Shown here: positions 55,932 through 64,000 of the stretch, piece after piece | Numbering within the stretch: the first letter of the stretch is position 1 | Layout of the letters: each line of letters opens with the position of its first letter | From: Rickettsiales bacterium | Lineage (GTDB): Bacteria > Pseudomonadota > Alphaproteobacteria > Rickettsiales > UBA998 | DNA length: 64,000 nucleotides | Reading direction: 5' to 3' | NCBI GenBank assembly: GCA_024304995.1 | Contig: JAMWZD010000002.1 | Coordinates: forward strand, 647,740 to 711,739 | The notes under the pieces: model-generated | Told to the model about the DNA's origin: nothing | Databases searched by the model: none | Seen by the model: the letters and a program-made list of their open reading frames with translations, nothing else | Program-made: the position numbers and the translations under genes

Positions 55932-57986
55932 TTAACCTTCCAGCGCTGTAAAATCTGCTGTTTCCTGACATAAATTGCGCAACATAGCGAGCAGGTTCAG
56001 GCGATTTTCCCGTATGGCGGGGTCATCATCATTCACCATGACCGTATCAAAGAAATGGTCAAGCGGAGTGCGAATGCGTGACATGGTCTGCATCGCATCC
56101 ATATATTCTTCTTTTTTAATGTGCTTTTCATACGGACTTTTGGTGATGCATAAGGCTTCATGCAGCGCTTTTTCAGCTTCTTCTTTCAATAAGGATTTGC
56201 GCACATTTCCTTCATATGTCTCATCATCCTTTTCTTCTTCCTTGCGCAGAATATTATATGCACGTTTGGTAGCGATCATGATGTTTGCGCCATCATCACT
56301 ATCCAGAAAGGCCTGCAAGGCTACAGCACGCTGGATGATGCGCATAATGTCATCGTCACCATTGGCAATCACCGCGTCAATCACATCATGACGGATATTA
56401 TCTGCACGCAATGCCACTTTCAGCCGTTCGATAATAAAATCGAAGACCTGTTTTTCCAGTTCATCCTGTTTGCCTTTCAGCGGCTGTGTTGCCTTGTTCA
56501 ACGCAGCATGAAGGCGAATGCGCAGGCGGTGTTCGCGGATGATGCGGATGATGCCAAGTGCAGCGCGTCGCAGAGCAAATGGGTCTTTTGAACCAGTCGG
56601 TGCTTCGCCCACACTGAACAAGGTAACCAGAGAATCCAGCTTATCTGCCAGAGACAATGCTATTGCCTCAGGCGCATCGGGCACTGCGTCATTCGCACCC
56701 ACTGGCATATAATGTTCGGCAATGGCTGTTGCCACGGCTTTGTCCTCACCCTGCGCTTTGGCATAATACCGTCCCATAATGCCTTGCAATTCTGGAAACT
56801 CGCCCACCATGCCTGTGCCCAAATCCGCTTTGCAGAGTTTAGCAGCGCGGATGACGTGGGTAATGTTGGCATGTGGCACAAACACGGCAAGAAATCCTGC
56901 TAACGGTTCAATGCGTTCCACCTTGTCTGCCACACTACCCAGCTTTTTGTGGAAAATGATAGCATCCAGCTTGTCTGCCCATCTATCCAGCTTCTTTTTG
57001 GTGTCCTGCTCATAATAAAACACACCGTCATCCAGCCGTGCGCGCAAAACACGCTCATTTCCAGCACGGATTTTTTTTCCCTGATCTGGCGCGTCAATAT
57101 TGGCAATCGTCACAAAATTTGGCGCGATGCGTCCATCTTTAAAAGTGGTCGCAAAATATTTTTGATGATGGCGCATTTCCAGCACCAGCACTTCAGGCGG
57201 CAATTCAAGATATTTTCCATCAATTGACCCCATGATGGCGCGTGGATGTTCCACCAGACCTGTCACTTCTTCCAGCAACCCTTCATCATTTTTAATGTGC
57301 AGATTTTTTTCACTGGTAACATCCAAAAGCTGCTGCGCAATCTGTTCTTTGCGCACCTGACGACATGCCACCACATGATGGTCTTTCAATATCGCTTCAT
57401 ACTGCTCAGGCGAATGAATGGTGATTTCCCCATCAGACATGAAACGATGTCCTTCAGTCACATTAGATGCGGTGATGTGATGCCACTGAACGGGCACAAC
57501 ATCGCTATCAATGATGCACAAAATGCGGCGAAGCGGACGCACCCATTGCGCATCAAAGTCGCTCCAGCGCATGGATTTTTGCCAGTGCATATTGTTAATT
57601 ACATCTTCAAGCAATGGAATCAGCGCATCTTTAGTGCTTTGTCCTTTTTCCTGTTTGACTGCAAAATAGACTTCATCTTTGCCAACCGTGCGCACTTCCA
57701 GATCATCTTTTTTCACTCCAGCAGAAGTGCAAAACCCTTCCACAGCTTTTGGTGGAGCGCCCACTTTGGGGCCTTTGCGCTCTACTATGCGGTCTGGTTG
57801 TGCATTTGGCAGGTCTTTTACCCACAGCGCCAGACGGCGCGGCGTGGAGTATGGCTGTACTTTCCCATGTTCCAGACGTGCTTCCTTCAACGCTTCTGTC
57901 ATCAGCGTTTCAAGTTGCGCTATAGCTTTTGCCTGCATACGCGCTGGCATTTCTTCGCTAAACAGTTCAAACAGTAAATCCGCCAT
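55932..57986 (-). CDS. glyS: Glycyl-tRNA synthetase beta subunit
   Basis: 'LLFELFSEEMPARMQ' N-terminus, full-length 684 aa. Confidence 0.95.
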   Translation of the reverse strand: MADLLFELFSEEMPARMQAKAIAQLETLMTEALKEARLEHGKVQPYSTPRRLALWVKDLPNAQPDRIVERKGPKVGAPPKAVEGFCTSAGVKKDDLEVRTVGKDEVYFAVKQEKGQSTKDALIPLLEDVINNMHWQKSMRWSDFDAQWVRPLRRILCIIDSDVVPVQWHHITASNVTEGHRFMSDGEITIHSPEQYEAILKDHHVVACRQVRKEQIAQQLLDVTSEKNLHIKNDEGLLEEVTGLVEHPRAIMGSIDGKYLELPPEVLVLEMRHHQKYFATTFKDGRIAPNFVTIANIDAPDQGKKIRAGNERVLRARLDDGVFYYEQDTKKKLDRWADKLDAIIFHKKLGSVADKVERIEPLAGFLAVFVPHANITHVIRAAKLCKADLGTGMVGEFPELQGIMGRYYAKAQGEDKAVATAIAEHYMPVGANDAVPDAPEAIALSLADKLDSLVTLFSVGEAPTGSKDPFALRRAALGIIRIIREHRLRIRLHAALNKATQPLKGKQDELEKQVFDFIIERLKVALRADNIRHDVIDAVIANGDDDIMRIIQRAVALQAFLDSDDGANIMIATKRAYNILRKEEEKDDETYEGNVRKSLLKEEAEKALHEALCITKSPYEKHIKKEEYMDAMQTMSRIRTPLDHFFDTVMVNDDDPAIRENRLNLLAMLRNLCQETADFTALEG

Positions 57987-57989
57987 AGG

Positions 57990-58346
57990 TTACGCCACAA
58001 TCTCATTTTTGTTATTTAGTTGTACCACTGTCGGTTCAAAACTTTTGGCGGTGGTTTCATCCATGCCAGCAAACGCGCAGATAATCACCAGATCACCCTT
58101 TTGCACCAGCCGCGCTGCCGCGCCATTAATAATAATACCTCTTTCGCCGCGCGGCGCTTCTATCACGTATGTGCTGAAACGCTCACCATTATTAATGTTC
58201 AGCACGTCCACCCGTTCATTAGGCAGCAGATTGGCTGCATCCATCAAATCACGGTCAATGCCAATGGAGCCGACATAGTTTAAATCACTATCGGTCACCA
58301 CCGCGCGGTGCAGTTTCGATTTCAATAATGTTAATTGCAAGCCCAT
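57990..58346 (-). CDS. panD: Aspartate 1-decarboxylase proenzyme
   Basis: '[24 protein letters not shown]' with the Gly-Ser self-cleavage site, and 'NGAAARL...GD'. Confidence 0.9.
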   Translation of the reverse strand: MGLQLTLLKSKLHRAVVTDSDLNYVGSIGIDRDLMDAANLLPNERVDVLNINNGERFSTYVIEAPRGERGIIINGAAARLVQKGDLVIICAFAGMDETTAKSFEPTVVQLNNKNEIVA

Positions 58347-59246
58347 TTACGCAGCCTCTTTTTTATCTTCTTTTGTATTCATGCCGAGATAAGCCTCACA
58401 GCAGCCTTTCGCCAGCGCACGCACACGCGCAATGTAACTCGCGCGTTCAGTCACGCCAATCACACCGCGTGCATCCAGCAAATTGAACAAATGTGATGCC
58501 TGCAGGCAGTAATCATAGGCGGGGAGTGCCAAGCCACGTTGCAAGATTGCATTACATTCTTTTTCCGCATCTTCAAAATGTTTCAGCAACATATCCGTAT
58601 TTGCGAGTTCAAGATTATAAGTGGACTGCTCCACTTCATTGCGGTGGAACACGTCACCGTAACTCATCACAGGCTTGTTGTTTTCTGCGCTGTTCCATTG
58701 CAGATCATAGACATTTTCAACCCCCTGAATATACATTGCCAAACGTTCAATGCCGTATGTTAATTCACCTGTTACGGGTTTGCATTCAAACCCGCCAACC
58801 TGCTGAAAATACGTGAACTGCGTCACTTCCATGCCGTCACACCAGACTTCCCAACCCAAGCCCCATGCGCCGAGCGTTGGGCTTTCCCAATCATCTTCCA
58901 CAAAGCGGATGTCATGGGTTTTCAGGTCAATGCCGAGTGCTTCCAGTGAGCCAAGATAAAGCTCCTGAATATTCTCTGGTGACGGCTTCAGCACCACCTG
59001 AAACTGATAATAATGTTGTAGACGGTTTGGGTTTTCACCATATCGCCCATCAGTAGGTCGGCGCGAGGGCTGCACATATGCCGCGTTCCACGGCTTATCA
59101 TCCAGCGCGCGGAGCGTGGTGGCGGGGTGAAACGTACCCGCGCCCACCTGCGCATCATATGGTTGCACAATCAGGCAACCTTGTTTTGCCCAATAATGTT
59201 GAAGGGTAAGGATAATATCCTGAAATGCGAATGGGGTCTTGCTCAT
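58347..59246 (-). CDS. glyQ: Glycyl-tRNA synthetase alpha subunit
   Basis: '[17 protein letters not shown]...[15 protein letters not shown]' is highly conserved GlyQ. Confidence 0.95.
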   Translation of the reverse strand: MSKTPFAFQDIILTLQHYWAKQGCLIVQPYDAQVGAGTFHPATTLRALDDKPWNAAYVQPSRRPTDGRYGENPNRLQHYYQFQVVLKPSPENIQELYLGSLEALGIDLKTHDIRFVEDDWESPTLGAWGLGWEVWCDGMEVTQFTYFQQVGGFECKPVTGELTYGIERLAMYIQGVENVYDLQWNSAENNKPVMSYGDVFHRNEVEQSTYNLELANTDMLLKHFEDAEKECNAILQRGLALPAYDYCLQASHLFNLLDARGVIGVTERASYIARVRALAKGCCEAYLGMNTKEDKKEAA

Positions 59247-59296
59247 GCCTTAGATATAGCGGAAAAAGGGCAGGGGTGACAAGTCTTAAAGAGAGC

Positions 59297-59626
59297 TTAT
59301 GCTATTTCTTCACTTGCCAGCATCATTTGCGGGTTTTCGGGGTCGAAGCGGACGTAAATATCGTCATCAACGGCGTAACGGCTGTAGGTCTGTTCATTCA
59401 CGCGGAGTTTGCTCATCAGCAAATCTGAATTGTTCATCAGCACGTTAATATGCAGGAAATGCTGTGCTTCCCCTTTGACTATCGTATCTGATTTCTCCGT
59501 GATGTTGGCAATGGCTTCCACACCTTTTTCACGCAGTCGTTCAGCTGCTCGCTGTTTTGGCTTTTTCTTATCCAGATTCAAAATGACAAAGACTATGGCA
59601 GCAAAAAGCAGGAGATATTTTAACAT
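59297..59626 (-). CDS. Hypothetical membrane-anchored protein (109 aa)
   Basis: N-terminal TM segment 'LLLFAAIVFVILNL'; no other motif. Confidence 0.45.
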   Translation of the reverse strand: MLKYLLLFAAIVFVILNLDKKKPKQRAAERLREKGVEAIANITEKSDTIVKGEAQHFLHINVLMNNSDLLMSKLRVNEQTYSRYAVDDDIYVRFDPENPQMMLASEEIA

Positions 59627-59645
59627 AAAATTACCAGATTATTTT

Positions 59646-59728
59646 CGTCATTCTGAGCGCAGTGAAGATTCCACAGCGCAGCTTGCGTCTGGCGGAAAGA
59701 TGGATCCTTCACTGCGTTCAGGATGACG
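59646..59728. repeat. Palindromic intergenic element, copy 3 (best hairpin)
   Basis: The left arm is cgtcattctgagcgcagtgaagattcc. The reverse complement of the right arm is cgtcatcctgaacgcagtgaaggatcc, matching 24 of 27 positions. Confidence 0.85.
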
Positions 59729-59759
59729 TAATTTTGAATTATGTGGTAAAATCAGCATA

Positions 59760-60422
59760 TTACTTTCCAGCGCTCTCCAGCTTTTCTTCATACCATGTCT
59801 CACCAATGGCAATCTTCTCGCGTCCTTTGCTGATTCTCCAGTCGTTAGTGTCACGAAGGGAATAAATGCACCCGCAATATTGCTGGGCGTAAAATTCTTC
59901 TTCTTTCGCAATTTCATACATGCGCGCACCGCCACCGTCTTTGCGCCAGTTATATGTCCAGTATTCCACGTCTTCAAACATATCGGCTGCTTTCACGCCA
60001 CAATCATTAATCTGTTCCATGTTCTTCCAGCGTGAAATGCCAAGCGAGCTGGTGAAGACCTTGAAGCCATGTTCTTTTGCATAGAGCGCAGTGCGCACAA
60101 AGCGCATATCAAAACACATGGTGCAACGCACGCCGCGCTCTGGCTCGCGTTCCATGCCGCGCGCTCGGGCAAACCAGTCCTGTACGTCATAATCTGCGTC
60201 TATAAACGGAATGCCAAGTTTTTCAGCATAACGAATATTTTCCTGCTTACGCAGTTCATATTCTTTTTTGGGGTGAATATTGGGATTATAAAAGAAAATG
60301 GTCAGATTCAGTCCTGAATCTGCCATTTTCTCCATCAATGGCCCTGCGCAAGGCGCACAGCAGGAATGCAACAAAATATCCTTTTCACCATTCGGTGCTT
60401 CAAATTCGTCTGTCTTGCTCAT
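59760..60422 (-). CDS. queH: Epoxyqueuosine reductase QueH (DUF208)
   Basis: '[11 protein letters not shown]' plus downstream 'C..C' and 'YCGC' cysteine clusters. Confidence 0.85.
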   Translation of the reverse strand: MSKTDEFEAPNGEKDILLHSCCAPCAGPLMEKMADSGLNLTIFFYNPNIHPKKEYELRKQENIRYAEKLGIPFIDADYDVQDWFARARGMEREPERGVRCTMCFDMRFVRTALYAKEHGFKVFTSSLGISRWKNMEQINDCGVKAADMFEDVEYWTYNWRKDGGGARMYEIAKEEEFYAQQYCGCIYSLRDTNDWRISKGREKIAIGETWYEEKLESAGK

Positions 60423-60425
60423 GGC

Positions 60426-61166
60426 TTACTTTGCTTTCGCTGCTTCTTCCACGCGCTTGCGCAGGTCAGATTCTTCCACAGCATGTGGCACTGGTTCATC
60501 CCCAATCACCAAAAACGGCGTGCCACGCACAGCGAGCTTGTTGCCGAGGTCTTTCACAGTGGCTAATGCTTCATTATATTTCGGTTTTGCCAGTTCTTTT
60601 TCCAGCGCATCACGTGAAACGCCCACTTCTTTGGCATAATCAAAGGCGGTTGCCACATCAATCTTGCCGCCATGCAGCATCATTTTCTTGTGGAACTCAT
60701 AATATTTCTCAGGCGCAAGTGCGTTTAGCGCCAGCCCAAGACGCGCCAGCTTTTCAGATTCTTCACCAAAAATCGGAAATTCTTTGAAGATGATGTTCAC
60801 GTCAACATTGTCATCCTGCACGAGCGCGTCCAAAGACTTGAACATATATTTGCAAGCCGAGCAATTATAATCAAAAAACTCAACAATCGTCACGCCACTT
60901 TTGCCTTCTTTCGGGTCAATCTCCTGTCCAAAAATCAGGTTTTTATGGTCTTTCACTGCCATGCGTTGCAGCTTTAACCCTTCATCCTGCGCTTGTTTTT
61001 GATATGCCACCATCACTTCCTGAATGATGGAAGGATTCGCAATCAGATATTCCCGCACCAGTTCGCCCAGTTCTTCTTTCTGTACAGGCTCTGCTGCTGC
61101 CTGAAAAGATGCCAGTGCTACTGCGCTACTGAATAATAATGATGTGGCAAGTGTGCGAATCTGCAT
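60426..61166 (-). CDS. DsbA-family thiol:disulfide oxidoreductase
   Basis: Signal peptide and thioredoxin-fold 'FFDYNCSACKYM' (CxxC). GGAG lies before the ATG at 61166. Confidence 0.8.
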   Translation of the reverse strand: MQIRTLATSLLFSSAVALASFQAAAEPVQKEELGELVREYLIANPSIIQEVMVAYQKQAQDEGLKLQRMAVKDHKNLIFGQEIDPKEGKSGVTIVEFFDYNCSACKYMFKSLDALVQDDNVDVNIIFKEFPIFGEESEKLARLGLALNALAPEKYYEFHKKMMLHGGKIDVATAFDYAKEVGVSRDALEKELAKPKYNEALATVKDLGNKLAVRGTPFLVIGDEPVPHAVEESDLRKRVEEAAKAK

Positions 61167-61287
61167 AAATAATCTCCAAATGTGAATCAAAGTTAGTATA
61201 GACCAGATGTGTTTTTATGTCATCAGACAATTATTTTTGCACGCACTATACACAAGGTTACATTTAGAAGTTGTTGAAATTAGTGTG

Positions 61288-61563
61288 TTACCACTTGGTT
61301 TTTATATGAGATACAACTTCTTCTGGTAGATTTCTCATTGAAGCTGTATTATCAGTAGAATTAACAATATATAGCTTATCATTATTATCTATATGACCAG
61401 CTAGGTAATGACAGGCTTCTTCAGCACTATAATTACTATCAACATACCAAAAAGATTCAGTAATTTTTGCCCAACTACCAAGTTCTTTAATTTTAGATAT
61501 AAGAGTCTGATAGTTTTGCCCAGGATTTATTAGATCATAAGAAATATGTAGATTATTAGCCAT
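61288..61563 (-). CDS. Hypothetical protein (91 aa), AT-rich orphan
   Basis: ORF only, with AT-rich flanks on both sides. Confidence 0.4.
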   Translation of the reverse strand: MANNLHISYDLINPGQNYQTLISKIKELGSWAKITESFWYVDSNYSAEEACHYLAGHIDNNDKLYIVNSTDNTASMRNLPEEVVSHIKTKW

Positions 61564-61688
61564 AAAAACTCCAATTTTATAAATGGTTATGATAAATAAA
61601 TAGGCACGCTGTTGTATATTACAAGAGTAATATGTAAAATATTTAGCGATTTTAGATTTTTCTAATTAGCAGCTATCATTTCCATAAA

Positions 61689-63071
61689 CTAAAACACACT
61701 CTCATCCTCATCTTCACGTTCTTTCAACTGCTGCGCAAAGCGTTTCAAATCCTGCAGGCGTGGTGTGTCTTCGCTTAATGCGCCCAGCTCTTTTTCTGCG
61801 CGTTCAATGTGCATGTTCAGCGCTTCCGTGTCACTGCTGAGTGCTGCAAGTTCTGCCAGTGCCAGTTCGGCTTTGCCAATGTTGCCCGCGCGCCCTTCGG
61901 CAATGGAGAGTCTGCGCCATGATTGATGATAGGTCGGGTCTTTACGGACGGACACGGCAAGCTGGCGCAGCGCTTCCTTGTTGGTTGCCTGCGTGTTGGC
62001 GGCAAGCAGTGCATCTGCATAATCACTTTGAATCAATGCGGAATCTGGCGCATAGTTCAGCGCAGTTTTATAAGCTGCGATCGCATCCTCCACCTTGCCT
62101 TGCTGCAACAAAATATGTCCGCGTAATTCATGCATATATGGGTCTTTTGGTAAGGCTTCCTGCAGCAGGGCAATTTCCTCCATCGCACGTTCGTCCTGCG
62201 CGCGTTCGGAATATGCAATAGCGCGTGCGATCAGGGCAGGGGGGGAGGTGTCTGATTTGGGATAGGTACGGAAAGTTTCACCATTTTGATCCAAAAAACC
62301 CACCAATTTCGCGCGGATGCGTTGATGGCGCTGCTGCATCTGTTCAGAAAGCGTATTGTCTTTATATGGCGAATCATCAAGATGCGCACGAATATGCTCT
62401 ATGCGTGATTGTGAGAGCGGGTGTGTTCTTGCGTAAGCATCAGCATTTGCACCAATGGCGCGTTTTTCTTCACGGCGCAGGCGTTCAAACATGGCAATCA
62501 GTCCTGCACTGCTCAGTTCATTAGCATCAAAATATGACAAGGCAGCTTGGTCTGCTGCCTGCTCATTGCTGCGGGTATAGGACAAAATTCCCCGCGTGCT
62601 TGCATGGTTTCCTGCTGCAATGATGCCTGCGCCTGCCTGTCCGCCCCCTGCGGCAATGACAGCTGCACCTGCAATATATGACAAAATAGACCCGATCTGC
62701 GCATGTTTAAAGGCATCCTGCCCGCGTAGCAAATGCCCCCCTGCAATATGCCCTGTTTCATGCGCAATCACGCCGAGCAACATTTCAGGCGTTTCAGTTT
62801 CGGTAATCAACCCCGTATGCAAAAACATATTCGCGCCACCTGCCACAAAGGCATTAATCGCGCCGTCCTGCACGATGAACATGCGCACTTGTGATGGGTT
62901 CAGCCCTGCTGCGGAATATATCGGGGTGGAAAGTTCCTGCAGATAATTCTCAATTTCAGCATCACGAATCATGCCTGCATGGCTGATGCTTGGCATTAAG
63001 AGCGCCAGCGCGCCACACACCGCAACGGTTTTTCGAGTTAGTCTCTTGATAATATTCGTAAATTGTTGCAT
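61689..63071 (-). CDS. M48-family metalloprotease with C-terminal TPR repeats (BepA-like)
   Basis: Signal peptide, 'VIAHETGHIAGGH' (HExxH), and a TPR-like C-terminal half. Confidence 0.85.
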   Translation of the reverse strand: MQQFTNIIKRLTRKTVAVCGALALLMPSISHAGMIRDAEIENYLQELSTPIYSAAGLNPSQVRMFIVQDGAINAFVAGGANMFLHTGLITETETPEMLLGVIAHETGHIAGGHLLRGQDAFKHAQIGSILSYIAGAAVIAAGGGQAGAGIIAAGNHASTRGILSYTRSNEQAADQAALSYFDANELSSAGLIAMFERLRREEKRAIGANADAYARTHPLSQSRIEHIRAHLDDSPYKDNTLSEQMQQRHQRIRAKLVGFLDQNGETFRTYPKSDTSPPALIARAIAYSERAQDERAMEEIALLQEALPKDPYMHELRGHILLQQGKVEDAIAAYKTALNYAPDSALIQSDYADALLAANTQATNKEALRQLAVSVRKDPTYHQSWRRLSIAEGRAGNIGKAELALAELAALSSDTEALNMHIERAEKELGALSEDTPRLQDLKRFAQQLKEREDEDESVF

Positions 63072-63117
63072 ATATAGGCATCCTTAACAGCGTCATAATA
63101 ACATATAGGCACAAAAT

Positions 63118-64000
63118 ATGAAAACTGCAACGCGCGGCAACATCCGCCCTTTTGAAGTGATGGAAGCATTCAGGCAAGCGGCTCTTTGGGAAGAGCAGGG
63201 CAATAATGTGGTGCATCTCTCCCTTGGGCAACCTGGCTGCAAGCCTCCGCAAGGAGTGCTGGAGCATGTGACGGCTGAATTGCAACGCACCTCTTTGGGA
63301 TATACGGATGCATGTGGGTTGCCTGCGCTGCGCGAGCGTTTGTCTGAGTATTATAAAGACACATATAATATTGACGTAGCGAAAGAACAGATATTTATTA
63401 CTGTGGGCTCGTCTGCGGCATATTTCCTCACCCTGCTTTCTGCTTTTGATGAAGGTGACAGAATTGCGATTGCGCGCCCGTGTTACCCCGCTTACCCTAA
63501 TATGATGGAAGCGCTGGGGGTTACGCCTGTGTTCATTGACGCAAAAGAAGAAGACGGGTTTCAGCCCACAGTGGAACTGCTGAGCGAGGTAGGGGATGTG
63601 GACGGATTGCTGATTGCCAGCCCATCCAACCCCACGGGCAGCGTGCTTTCACCGAAGCAGCTAAGAGAATTGTCAGATTACTGCGCTGAGCAGAATATTC
63701 GTATTCTCTCCGATGAAATTTATCATCACGTGACGTATGAAAATGCTGAATTTGACACGATGGCACGCATGAATGACAATGCCGTGATTTTAAACAGTTT
63801 CTCAAAATATTTTCTGCTGCCTGGTTGGCGCTTGGGCTGGGCTGTTGTGCCAAAGGATTTGGTGCGATCTTATGAATCCTTGCTGCAAAGTTTCTTCATT
63901 TCTCCGCCTGCCATTGCGCAGCAGGCGGCACTGAAAACCTTTGACCATCTGGATGAGATGAGAGACGTGGTGGCAGGCTATGCCAAAAACCGTGACGTGC
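63118..64000 (+). CDS. Class I/II PLP-dependent aminotransferase, 3'-truncated by the window end
   Basis: Open frame from the ATG at 63118 to the window end. 'LSLGQPG', 'ASPSNPTG', and 'NSFSKYFLLPGWRLGW' with the PLP lysine. Confidence 0.8.
   Translation, partial: MKTATRGNIRPFEVMEAFRQAALWEEQGNNVVHLSLGQPGCKPPQGVLEHVTAELQRTSLGYTDACGLPALRERLSEYYKDTYNIDVAKEQIFITVGSSAAYFLTLLSAFDEGDRIAIARPCYPAYPNMMEALGVTPVFIDAKEEDGFQPTVELLSEVGDVDGLLIASPSNPTGSVLSPKQLRELSDYCAEQNIRILSDEIYHHVTYENAEFDTMARMNDNAVILNSFSKYFLLPGWRLGWAVVPKDLVRSYESLLQSFFISPPAIAQQAALKTFDHLDEMRDVVAGYAKNRDV

Noticed and set aside
57246-58278. 243-aa and 199-aa plus-strand ORFs over glyS/panD
   Set aside because: They are antisense to highly conserved glyS and panD and have low-complexity translations.
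59648-59977. 109-aa minus-strand ORF overlapping queH and repeat copy 3
   Set aside because: It is out of frame with the well-supported queH, and its C-terminal part is a translation of the palindromic element ('HPERSEGS...').

Overview
The window reads as chromosomal DNA from an alphaproteobacterium-like organism. Supporting markers are a glpX-hom-aminotransferase block, rpoH, split glyQ/glyS, ppdK, flgA-flgH and surE-type pcm/nlpD neighbours. An SDHAF4/DUF1674 mini-protein and Rickettsiales-style palindromic intergenic elements suggest a host-associated lineage, but that is inference. Most of the window is housekeeping: thrS, serS, tyrS, glyQS, rsmB, rluD, anmK, cysE, serB, queH, an Fe3+ ABC transporter, and two tRNAs (Glu-UUC, Cys-GCA). 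Five accessory features stand out. (1) An island of about 11 kb sits at the 3' end of tRNA-Glu (30845-41810), bounded by a 29-bp direct repeat. It carries a visibly AT-rich 1462-aa RTX/cadherin-like giant protein and a P4-like maintenance module whose integrase is frameshifted and whose PrimPol/DUF3987 gene has one in-frame TAA. (2) A single-polypeptide Type IIG-like restriction-modification gene lies just outside the distal att repeat. (3) On the other side of tRNA-Glu is a block of large orphan proteins (41966-47883). One has a central region that, by eye, follows the motif order and spacing of the RelA/SpoT (alarmone-synthetase) fold with non-canonical catalytic residues, and it is translationally coupled to a 68-aa ORF. 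This is my best candidate for an undescribed system. (4) An ~80-bp palindromic repeat family occurs in three intergenic copies. (5) tyrS carries a 50-aa AT-rich in-frame insertion, and a second chromosomal NIDO-cadherin-RTX protein has a 2 x 360 bp tandem duplication. All homology calls are from reading the translations; no searches or computations were run. GC statements are by eye.
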